This document shows, piece after piece, positions 1 to 7,838 of a DNA stretch of 64,000 bases (position 1 is the first letter of the stretch; every line of letters starts with the position of its first letter). The DNA is from Lewinellaceae bacterium (lineage in GTDB: Bacteria > Bacteroidota > Bacteroidia > Chitinophagales > Saprospiraceae): the NCBI GenBank assembly GCA_020636355.1, contig JACJYB010000011.1:21356-85355 (forward strand). The letters run 5' to 3'. The notes below the pieces were generated by a model that was not told the DNA's origin, searched no databases, and saw nothing but the letters and a program-made list of their open reading frames with translations. Made by a program: the position numbers and the translations under genes.

Positions 1-1852
1 TGGTAATAATTGGGTTTTTTTCAGTCATGGAAGTTGTTACTCGCTCCATGATTAGTCGTACCAGTGCCAGATTTCCCTGGTCATGCAGTTGTTGCCGAAA
101 ATCGCTTAAAAGACCTTTCGCAACCAATTGCCACAAAACGGTATTATCCCCTTCGAACGTAGTAAATATGTCGGTATCTCCTTTGAGATCGGCAAACCGG
201 TTCTCGTACAGGTAGCCCTTGCCACCACAAGCTTCCCGGCATACCTGCAGCGTTTCCACCGCGAACGATGTCGTGTAAGCTTTCAATCCGGCGGCTTTTG
301 TCTCCACTTTACGCAGATCCCCGCCCTGAGCATCCTGATATTGACGTGTAAGATCGGTTAATGCAAAATCCAGTGCATATGCTGTTGCCAAGCGGGGCAA
401 TAACCGCCACTGGTGGGTCGGATAGTCAAGTAGTAAGGTCTCCGGCTGATCCGGGCCGGGACTAAACTGACGTCGCCGCAGTGCATAGCGTATGGCGATG
501 GTCAATCCGGACTTTGCGGCGGACAAGCCGGCCCTGCCCACACAAATACGGCCCCCTACCAGGGTTGAAAGCATGGTAAAGAAGCGCTTGTCCGGGTTTT
601 CGATCGGACTGGTATAACTCCCGTCAGCCGCTACCGATCCAAACCGGTTTAGCAAATTCTCCCGGGGTATACGGACATTGGTATACCATATTTTACCATT
701 ATCCACACCATTCAGCCCGATCTTATATCCATTATCCTCTACCCGGATTCCAGGCAATTCATCGCCATCTTTGTCACGCATTGGTACCAGAAATGCATGT
801 ACACCGTGCTGTATTCCCAAGGCATGCAATTGAGCAAATACGACGGCCATACGACTATGCAAAGCGTTTCCAATGTATTCTTTGTTCGATTCCGGCCCGG
901 AAGAATTGATCACAAACTCCCGGGTGACCGGGTCATAAACGGCCGTTGTCTTTATCCCGCGCACATCGGAGCCATGACCTGTTTCAGTCATCGCAAAACA
1001 ACCAGGCAACGTAAGTGTACCGGCATCATGCAAATAGGCATCGTGGTGCATCTTTGTCCCCAGGTGTAGTATGGCTCCACCGAATAATCCGAACTGGACA
1101 CCGAATTTAACCACCAGACTCAAATCGTGGTGTGCCAGCGTTTCGAAGATAGCGGCGTATCTGCCCATGTCGTCTCGACCACCATAGGCTTCAGGGTAGG
1201 AAATGGCGCCATATCCTTGTTGTGCCAGCATCCGGCACCAGGCAAGCACCTGATCACGGTGGCGATCCTTGTCGCGGGTATATCGGTATTTAAAAGCCGG
1301 ATCTTCGAGCAGTCTTCTTAACCGCTGCCGCTCCAATGCGTAGTCATCGTCAAGGACATCCGTCATCGCTTTTACGCTAAAGGAAGGCTGGTCTTCTGCT
1401 CTCAGTGCCCCCTGATTCGTCAAACGGGCGGCCAGAATGCGATAGCTCTCGGGATTCGTCACCCCTAACGCCGTTTCCATTTCCTGAAGCGATTCCAGAA
1501 CCTGGTGCAGGTGCACCGGGTCCATCCCTTTTCTGGCTGCCGCCTCCGCCATCTCCAAACCCAGTTTGGCCAGCGATAATCGCTTTTTTCCGGTCAATTT
1601 GCCGGAAGCTTCCTGCATCGCTTTCACCCATTCCCGAAACACATCTTCACCCGGAGGAGCAGTAGGATCAGCCCAGTTTATAAGGGCTTTCTTCTCCCCG
1701 GGAGTCAGGTGCGGCATCTGATTTATCTGTTCATGAATCAGGTTCATTTCTGATGGGCTCAACACAGTGTCAGACCAGGCAACGTAGAGAATGGGCAATA
1801 TCGAAAGCATGCCGGGAGTTATCGGACCAGACCAGGCCGGAGGTGCTATCAT
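1..1852 (-). CDS. Acyl-CoA oxidase/dehydrogenase-family protein (ACOX-like). The N-terminus is complete and the C-terminus runs off the window edge.
   Basis: Hand translation of the minus strand from ATG 1852..1850 (MIAPPAWSGPITPG...) stays open to position 1. It is absent from the ORF track because there is no stop in the window. The core motifs GCFAMTETGHGSDVRG and CREACGGKGY are typical of acyl-CoA oxidases. About 170 aa of extra N-terminal sequence precede the core. Confidence 0.75.
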   Translation of the reverse strand, partial: MIAPPAWSGPITPGMLSILPILYVAWSDTVLSPSEMNLIHEQINQMPHLTPGEKKALINWADPTAPPGEDVFREWVKAMQEASGKLTGKKRLSLAKLGLEMAEAAARKGMDPVHLHQVLESLQEMETALGVTNPESYRILAARLTNQGALRAEDQPSFSVKAMTDVLDDDYALERQRLRRLLEDPAFKYRYTRDKDRHRDQVLAWCRMLAQQGYGAISYPEAYGGRDDMGRYAAIFETLAHHDLSLVVKFGVQFGLFGGAILHLGTKMHHDAYLHDAGTLTLPGCFAMTETGHGSDVRGIKTTAVYDPVTREFVINSSGPESNKEYIGNALHSRMAVVFAQLHALGIQHGVHAFLVPMRDKDGDELPGIRVEDNGYKIGLNGVDNGKIWYTNVRIPRENLLNRFGSVAADGSYTSPIENPDKRFFTMLSTLVGGRICVGRAGLSAAKSGLTIAIRYALRRRQFSPGPDQPETLLLDYPTHQWRLLPRLATAYALDFALTDLTRQYQDAQGGDLRKVETKAAGLKAYTTSFAVETLQVCREACGGKGYLYENRFADLKGDTDIFTTFEGDNTVLWQLVAKGLLSDFRQQLHDQGNLALVRLIMERVTTSMTEKNPIIT

Positions 1853-2072
1853 TTTACAAGTTTATCCTAAAAATAAAGTAAAATAACCAATCCGTTTTTG
1901 ATGCATTTCTTGTTGCAAATTCTGAATTCAGGACTGCTTGAGCATACTCTTTCCGGTTTTAGGATTGGATTGCATTGAAATCAACGGCGCACCACAACCT
2001 TGATCCAGGCTGGCTTGGTAGAACGATTAATTACCCATTACTTTGTGGGAGTAAGCGCTAAAATTCTTAATT

Positions 2073-2810
2073 ATGAATGGGAAAGTCACACTCATTACCG
2101 GCGGGACCCGGGGCATTGGAAAAGGTCTGGTGGAAACTTTTGTATCTGCCGGCTCACATGTAGCATTTACCTACCGATCCAGTCATCAGGCATCTGACGA
2201 ATTGGTAGACGCATTAAAAACATCAGAGGTTAAGATCAAAGGTTATGCCTCGGATGCAGCCGATTATGTCCAGGCGGAAAACCTTGTCAAGCAAGTACTG
2301 GAAGACTTTGGCACCATCGATGTATTAATCAACAATGCCGGAATTACACGTGATACCCTGATGCTGCGTATGAGTGAAGAACAATGGGACGATGTCATCC
2401 ATACCAATCTTAAATCTGCGTTTAACCTCACCAAGCAGGTACTCCGTCCGATGATGAAAGCCCGCAGCGGGTCGATCATAAATATGTCCTCTGTAGTTGG
2501 TGTTTTTGGGAATGCCGGCCAGGCTAACTATGCGGCATCAAAGGCTGGGCTTATAGGATTTACCAAGTCCATTGCCAAGGAACTGGGTTCCCGGAATATC
2601 CGCTGCAATGCGATCGCACCCGGATTCATTGAAACTGAAATGACCGGAGAGCTTTCCGAAGAAACCATGAAGCAATACTTACAAAACATCCCGCTAAACC
2701 GGCTTGGCAAGGTAGAAGATGTCGCTAAACTGGCCTTATTCCTGGCATCCGATGATTCTTCATACCTCACCGGTCAGGTCCTAAGTGTCTGCGGCGGCTT
2801 AAACATCTGA
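2073..2810 (+). CDS. fabG: 3-oxoacyl-[ACP] reductase (classical SDR)
   Basis: 245 aa with an ATG start. It has the TGGTRGIG Rossmann motif, NNAG, and the S...YxxxK catalytic triad (NYAASKAG). Length and ends match FabG. Confidence 0.85.
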   Translation: MNGKVTLITGGTRGIGKGLVETFVSAGSHVAFTYRSSHQASDELVDALKTSEVKIKGYASDAADYVQAENLVKQVLEDFGTIDVLINNAGITRDTLMLRMSEEQWDDVIHTNLKSAFNLTKQVLRPMMKARSGSIINMSSVVGVFGNAGQANYAASKAGLIGFTKSIAKELGSRNIRCNAIAPGFIETEMTGELSEETMKQYLQNIPLNRLGKVEDVAKLALFLASDDSSYLTGQVLSVCGGLNI

Positions 2811-2817
2811 TCCGGAA

Positions 2818-3543
2818 TTAATTGTTTGTGGAAGCAGCTACCATCATGGATATCTCATCCTGAGTATTCCGGATCAATTCATCGTAATGCATGATTGATT
2901 TTTCCTGGGCAAAGATCACCTGGGTTATGCTTACCGTTCGTACCACCCCATTCCGGTTCATGACCAAGTCATTGGTTGGATCCCCTACCCGTCCGAATGA
3001 ATGAAAATCGCGAATGTTAAGAGGGGCAAACTCAACGTTAGTTTGCAACCATTTCCTGAAAAGGGTTATTCGCATTTGCCTTATTTCGTAAGGATAGAGT
3101 GTACTTGATGACCAGATGGCAGGTTTTTGAGGATCAAGTTTTTTAAAATGGAGGCAAGCTCGTGAATCCCATCTAATCTCAGCCAATTCTGCCCCATCCC
3201 ACACCACCAAGGTAAAAGGTTCTATACCCCGGAAATCATAGGTATGGAGAAAATCGATGATCCGGGGGTAGTCGAAAAACTGCAAGGCCATTTGCCCACG
3301 GCTCAACCGGTATGGCGGACGATGGTGGTGTTTTTCAAAAGCTCCATTCAGGAGACACAATACTTTACCTGATTCGCTGGAAGCAATCCACGTTCCTCCA
3401 GCTTTCACATCTTTTGGGAATGCAATAAGTTCGGCATTCCTCCTTATTTCGGTTAATTTCAAAGGAGAACGGTCAGGAGCTTCATCACGATTGGAGGTTA
3501 TGATAAAGCCTCCATTCCATGGCAGATAAGTGACTGTACACAT
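2818..3543 (-). CDS. NRDE-family (TANGO2-like) protein
   Basis: 241 aa. It starts MCTVTYL and contains the name-giving SNRDE motif near the N-terminus. Confidence 0.7.
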   Translation of the reverse strand: MCTVTYLPWNGGFIITSNRDEAPDRSPLKLTEIRRNAELIAFPKDVKAGGTWIASSESGKVLCLLNGAFEKHHHRPPYRLSRGQMALQFFDYPRIIDFLHTYDFRGIEPFTLVVWDGAELAEIRWDSRACLHFKKLDPQKPAIWSSSTLYPYEIRQMRITLFRKWLQTNVEFAPLNIRDFHSFGRVGDPTNDLVMNRNGVVRTVSITQVIFAQEKSIMHYDELIRNTQDEISMMVAASTNN

Positions 3544-3550
3544 ATTGCTT

Positions 3551-4252
3551 CTATAAATCGCCTAATTGCGGTCTAACGATCAACTCCTCGATGTCAGCCG
3601 AATCTGAAAGACTAAGGATGGATGATACAATTTTCGCAATATCCCGGGTTTCGATCAATCGCTCATAGGGAAGGTCTGATCCGGCCCAGGAATCGGACCA
3701 GGTAGCTCCGGGCAAGAGGGCTGTTACCTTGATTCCGGTCGGTTTTAATTCTTCTCTTAAAACTTTGGAAAAGCCCAGTAACCCAAACTTGGAGATGGAA
3801 TAGGAACCTCCATTCGGGTAAGCCATGATGCTGGCTATGGAAGCCATATTAATGATGTGTCCGCGACGGGCTGGCAACATGGCAGGCAAGACCGCGCGGG
3901 TCATGTAGTACACACCGTACAAATTGGTTTCGATCATCTCTTCCAAGGTTCCTTCTTCTTCCTCAGTAATCTTGCCGGATATAAAAATCCCGGCATTGTT
4001 GATCAGGACATCAATCCGGTCCCATTTGCTGCGAACAAAATCGACAAAAGCCTTGATTTCCTGCTTATTTCGCACATTGGTTTCATGGATGAGGATTTCC
4101 GCATCTGGTCGAATTTGCTGCAATCTTTTCTGCGTTTTTAATAAATCATGCATTTGTCTGGAACATAGGGCAAGATCATAACCTTCCCCTGCCAGTTGTT
4201 CCGCAATAGCTAACCCGATTCCTTTGGTACCTCCGCTAATGATAGCTCGCAT
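3551..4252 (-). CDS. Short-chain dehydrogenase/reductase family oxidoreductase
   Basis: 233 aa with SGGTKGIG, NNAG and YSISK (YxxxK) motifs. Confidence 0.8.
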   Translation of the reverse strand: MRAIISGGTKGIGLAIAEQLAGEGYDLALCSRQMHDLLKTQKRLQQIRPDAEILIHETNVRNKQEIKAFVDFVRSKWDRIDVLINNAGIFISGKITEEEEGTLEEMIETNLYGVYYMTRAVLPAMLPARRGHIINMASIASIMAYPNGGSYSISKFGLLGFSKVLREELKPTGIKVTALLPGATWSDSWAGSDLPYERLIETRDIAKIVSSILSLSDSADIEELIVRPQLGDL

Positions 4253-4372
4253 GATCTTTGATATGTGTTACCTTTGACGAAGGAATGGCATGAAAATGGT
4301 CCACACTTCGTTTTATACGGTTAATAATGGTTTATTTTGTCCCGCAAAGTTACGATCTGAAAAATAAGTAGC

Positions 4373-5116
4373 ATGCTTAAACTGCTGTCGCATTTTGGAC
4401 GGTTTATCATCATGATGGGCAATGCATTCGCAAAGCCGGAGCGATGGTCCATGTATTGGAAAGAAACGGTGCGGCAAATGTACGACATCGGCATTGGGTC
4501 GCTGGTTATCGTAGGTTTGATCTCCGTTTTCATAGGAGCGGTTACCGCCATACAGTTCTCTTACCAGTTGGACGGAACGCTCATACCCAGGTATTACATC
4601 GGGTACATCGTACGAGACATCGCGATCATTGAACTGGCGCCGACCTTCACCTGCCTGGTATTGGCTGGCAAGGTAGGGTCCAATATGGCGGCAGAACTCG
4701 GAGGAATGCGGCAGAAAGAACACATTGACGCGATGGAGATCATGGGGGTCAATACAGCCGGCTTCCTGATCATGCCTCGTCTCATAGCAGCAATGACCGT
4801 AATACCGATGTTGGTTATCGTAGCGGCCTTCCTGGCCGTCGCCGGAGGTTATCTGACTATGGTACCCACTCATTTTCTGGCTAGTGAGGAATACATCCAG
4901 GGGCTTCGATCTTTTTTTGTCCCCTTCAATGTCACCTTGATGCTGGTCAAGTCGTTTGTTTTTTCCATCATTTTGACCTGTGTATCCACGTATCATGGCT
5001 ATACGGTAACCGGAGGAAGCATCGAGCTGGGACGTGCGAGTACCCAGGCCGTCGTATTAAGCGATATCCTGATCATTCTCGCCGATTATGTAATTGCCGT
5101 AGTATTAACGACCTGA
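4373..5116 (+). CDS. MlaE-family ABC transporter permease
   Basis: 247 aa multi-pass membrane protein with MlaE/Ttg2B-like sequence (...ELAPTFTCLVLAGKVGS..ELGGMR..EHIDAMEIMG...). It lies 3 nt upstream of the cognate ATPase gene. Confidence 0.8.
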   Translation: MLKLLSHFGRFIIMMGNAFAKPERWSMYWKETVRQMYDIGIGSLVIVGLISVFIGAVTAIQFSYQLDGTLIPRYYIGYIVRDIAIIELAPTFTCLVLAGKVGSNMAAELGGMRQKEHIDAMEIMGVNTAGFLIMPRLIAAMTVIPMLVIVAAFLAVAGGYLTMVPTHFLASEEYIQGLRSFFVPFNVTLMLVKSFVFSIILTCVSTYHGYTVTGGSIELGRASTQAVVLSDILIILADYVIAVVLTT

Positions 5117-5119
5117 TCT

Positions 5120-5884
5120 ATGATTCGAGCAGAGCGTATTTACAAATCTTTTGGAGAACACAATGTCCTGAAGGACATCAGCCTCACCTTTGATACCGGA
5201 AAAAACAACCTCATCATTGGCCGGAGTGGTGCGGGCAAAACCGTCCTCCTCAAAATACTGGTGGGTTTGATGCGACCGGATGAAGGGACTATCTGGTACG
5301 ATGATGTAGAATTCTCCAGATTAAACAAAAGGCAATTAAAGACTGTCCGCATGCAGGTTGGCATGCTCTTCCAGGGTTCGGCCCTCTTTGACTCCATGAC
5401 GGTGGAAGAAAACGTACGGTTCCCACTGGATATGTTCACGGCTCAGACCAAAAAAGAAAAAGATATGCGGGTGAACTGGTGTCTGGAAAGGGTGAATCTC
5501 GCCGGCAATAACATCAAGTTCCCTTCCGAGATAAGCGGCGGCATGCAAAAGCGCGTAGGAATTGCCCGCGCCATCGTCCTGAATCCAAAGTACCTCTTCT
5601 GTGATGAACCAAATTCAGGTCTGGATCCTAAAACCAGTATCCTGATCGATGAGTTGATCAATAGTATAACCGAAGAAAACCACATCACCACCATCATCAA
5701 CACCCATGACATGAACTCTGTTATGGAAATCGGTGAGAACATCGCTCTGCTTCATCAGGGGCGTGTCGCCTGGATTGGCAACAAGGAATCGGTGTTGCAC
5801 AGCGATAACCCTGAGATGGAGGATTTTGTCTTTGCTTCTCCATTTTTGCAGCGGCTACGCGACCAGGCAGCCGGAAATTCCTAA
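5120..5884 (+). CDS. ABC transporter ATP-binding protein (MlaF-like)
   Basis: 254 aa with Walker A GRSGAGKT, ABC signature ISGGMQKR and Walker B LFCDEP. Confidence 0.85.
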   Translation: MIRAERIYKSFGEHNVLKDISLTFDTGKNNLIIGRSGAGKTVLLKILVGLMRPDEGTIWYDDVEFSRLNKRQLKTVRMQVGMLFQGSALFDSMTVEENVRFPLDMFTAQTKKEKDMRVNWCLERVNLAGNNIKFPSEISGGMQKRVGIARAIVLNPKYLFCDEPNSGLDPKTSILIDELINSITEENHITTIINTHDMNSVMEIGENIALLHQGRVAWIGNKESVLHSDNPEMEDFVFASPFLQRLRDQAAGNS

Positions 5885-6244
5885 AAAATTAGAAATTTCT
5901 ATATATATAGCTTTTTTATATTTAAATTTCTTCTTATATTTGATACGGAGAAGAAAAAAAGCCCGAATTAGACTAGCTAATCCAGGCTCTCTAGACTAAG
6001 GTCTCAAAATAAGAAAACTACAATTTGTCTGGGTAGTACAATATTGGAATGAATGATTAGAACCAGATTAAATCAAGCAAGTTTTATGCCAAAAACTTGT
6101 AATATGAATGAAATAATCGGTTTTGACTTCTTCTGATATTGTACTCTTCCTGGGCATTTTCTACCCGAAGATTTGAAACCCTTTCCATGGGTAAAGATAG
6201 AGATTCTGCTTTTCAATTTCAATTTTTTTCCCTACTTCTGTTGC

Positions 6245-6778
6245 ATGATATTTTCTGTTACCGGGCCTGAAAGTTCAGGTAAAACCACCCTTTGTCACAG
6301 CATTCATTTGACAACCAATTGGTTATGGATACCCGAATACAGTCGAAACTATCTTCGTCGACCACCGGTCAGCTCAATTCAGGAAATGATCCTGCGCATT
6401 GCATCGGCACAGTCATCCCTGGAGACCCTCCAGTGCTACAAGGAAACCTGTACTTTATCCGATACCGATTCGTACACATTCGCCATATGGTGGCTGGATA
6501 AGGTGGGCAACCGGTTACCTCCCCTCCTCAGTGCCTGGTTGGAGAAAAGCAAAAACACCTATCAGCATGTTTTTTTATGTTATCCTGATATTCCCTGGGA
6601 AGCGGACCCTCTGCGGGAAGATGAAACCCGCCGTACAAAGCTATTTCAGGACTATTTGGATCTTCTTTCAGCGCAATCCGTTCCCTTTACCCTTCTCAAA
6701 GGGCCGCATGTGGAACGCAAAGCCCTGGCGATTGAAATCATTGAGTCAATTTCTTCACCAGGTTCGTTTCCAGTTTGA
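6245..6778 (+). CDS. P-loop ATPase/kinase, NadR C-terminal (ribosylnicotinamide kinase)-like
   Basis: An internal ATG at 6245 gives MIFSVTGPESSGKTTL (Walker A right at the N-terminus). The 24-codon upstream extension in the ORF track is Phe/Asn-rich and implausible. The family call is tentative. Confidence 0.5.
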   Translation: MIFSVTGPESSGKTTLCHSIHLTTNWLWIPEYSRNYLRRPPVSSIQEMILRIASAQSSLETLQCYKETCTLSDTDSYTFAIWWLDKVGNRLPPLLSAWLEKSKNTYQHVFLCYPDIPWEADPLREDETRRTKLFQDYLDLLSAQSVPFTLLKGPHVERKALAIEIIESISSPGSFPV

Positions 6779-7787
6779 TTCGCATGATGTAGTCATCGGC
6801 GGTCATAAACAACTCTGAAAAGTCACTATTAAAACTACAATTGGCTGTAGCCTGTCCAGTACGGATGACCCCAAGTGGCTCCCCTTGCGCGTTGATCACC
6901 CAGATACCCCCCGGACCCGATGCAAATAGTGTTCCTGTAGGATGAACTCTTAACCCATCCGGCAATCCGGGATTGTGATTGTTGACCTGGTCAGTAACAT
7001 CCAGGAAAATTCTCTTGTCTGAAATCGTCCCGCTGTCGCTCAGGGTATAGGCGTACCAAATGGCTGCTAAAGGATCGGAATTAGCAACGTACAATGTGTG
7101 CTCATCCGGCGACAAAGCAATCCCATTTGGGCGACTCACCGTATCCAGCAAGACAACATCTCCCGCGGCATCGACGCGATAGATCCCCTGGAATGGAATT
7201 TCTTTGGAACTATCTTGCATGTTGTTGATGAGTCCATAAGGAGGATCCGTGAAGAACATGTGGCCGCGATGATCAAAAACCACATCATTAGGGCTATTAA
7301 ATCGCTTACCCTGATAATGATCCGCAAGCGTCGCAAACGTTGGCAATGGGTTTGACAAGGGGGCATCCAGCTTCGCCACCCTGCGATCGCCATGCTGACA
7401 AAGTACGAGGTCTCCTTCCGGGCTCAAGGTCAATCCATTCGAGCCCATTTCTCCTGGGCGGGGTATTGTGCCGGTATAACCACTAGGTTTTAGCCACTCC
7501 CAGGCACCCTTTCCTTCTTGCCAGGCAAAAACGGTGTTAACAGGTACGTCCGAAAATACATAGTAGCCTTCTGCAGCAAGCCAAACCGGTCCCTCCGTCC
7601 ATGTATATCCGCTATCCAGAACCTCAATCACCGCTTCACGCGCTATGTATTCATTGATCCGTAAGTCTTTCCGATCCACGGTACCTGTCGTAGAATAAAG
7701 GCTTACTGGCACTTCTTTTGGAGCATCCGGTGATGAACAGGCACCCAGAAATGCCATCAAAACCACAAGACCCTTCCATCTTATCAT
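6738..7787 (-). CDS. SMP-30/gluconolactonase/LRE-family beta-propeller lipoprotein
   Basis: 349 aa with a lipoprotein signal (LVVLMAFLGAC|SS). It has family-typical motifs EGPVW, SNGL, PNDV and PNGIALSPD. Confidence 0.75.
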   Translation of the reverse strand: MIRWKGLVVLMAFLGACSSPDAPKEVPVSLYSTTGTVDRKDLRINEYIAREAVIEVLDSGYTWTEGPVWLAAEGYYVFSDVPVNTVFAWQEGKGAWEWLKPSGYTGTIPRPGEMGSNGLTLSPEGDLVLCQHGDRRVAKLDAPLSNPLPTFATLADHYQGKRFNSPNDVVFDHRGHMFFTDPPYGLINNMQDSSKEIPFQGIYRVDAAGDVVLLDTVSRPNGIALSPDEHTLYVANSDPLAAIWYAYTLSDSGTISDKRIFLDVTDQVNNHNPGLPDGLRVHPTGTLFASGPGGIWVINAQGEPLGVIRTGQATANCSFNSDFSELFMTADDYIMRIKLETNLVKKLTQ

Positions 7788-7838
7788 GATTGAGGTTTTT
7801 ATTGCAGGCTGAAGTTACAGAAATTTCCTCAGGCTATT

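Noticed and set aside
1377-1665. Two overlapping ~85-aa ORFs (1377..1631 minus, 1405..1665 plus).
   Set aside because: Both lie inside the hand-translated acyl-CoA oxidase-like frame (a different minus-strand frame). They are Gly/Pro/Ser-rich shadow translations.
4313-4996. 227-aa ORF on the minus strand.
   Set aside because: It is entirely antisense to the well-supported mlaE gene. Its composition is skewed toward His/Gln/Asp/Arg/Tyr with no motifs, which is typical of a shadow ORF.
5885-6244. AT-rich gap after the MlaF-like gene, scanned for a tRNA, riboswitch or terminator. It contains the hairpin TTCTTCT...AGAAGAA followed by an A-run.
   Set aside because: I could not fold a cloverleaf or find conserved riboswitch blocks. 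The hairpin lacks a downstream T-tract on the relevant strand, so I make no feature call.
6738-6778. Convergent gene overlaps (6738-6778, 40916-40933) and abutting stop codons (36806-36811), considered as possible antisense regulatory features.
   Set aside because: Short 3'-end overlaps of convergent genes are common in compact bacterial genomes. Nothing in the sequence, such as hairpins or conserved boxes, singles them out.
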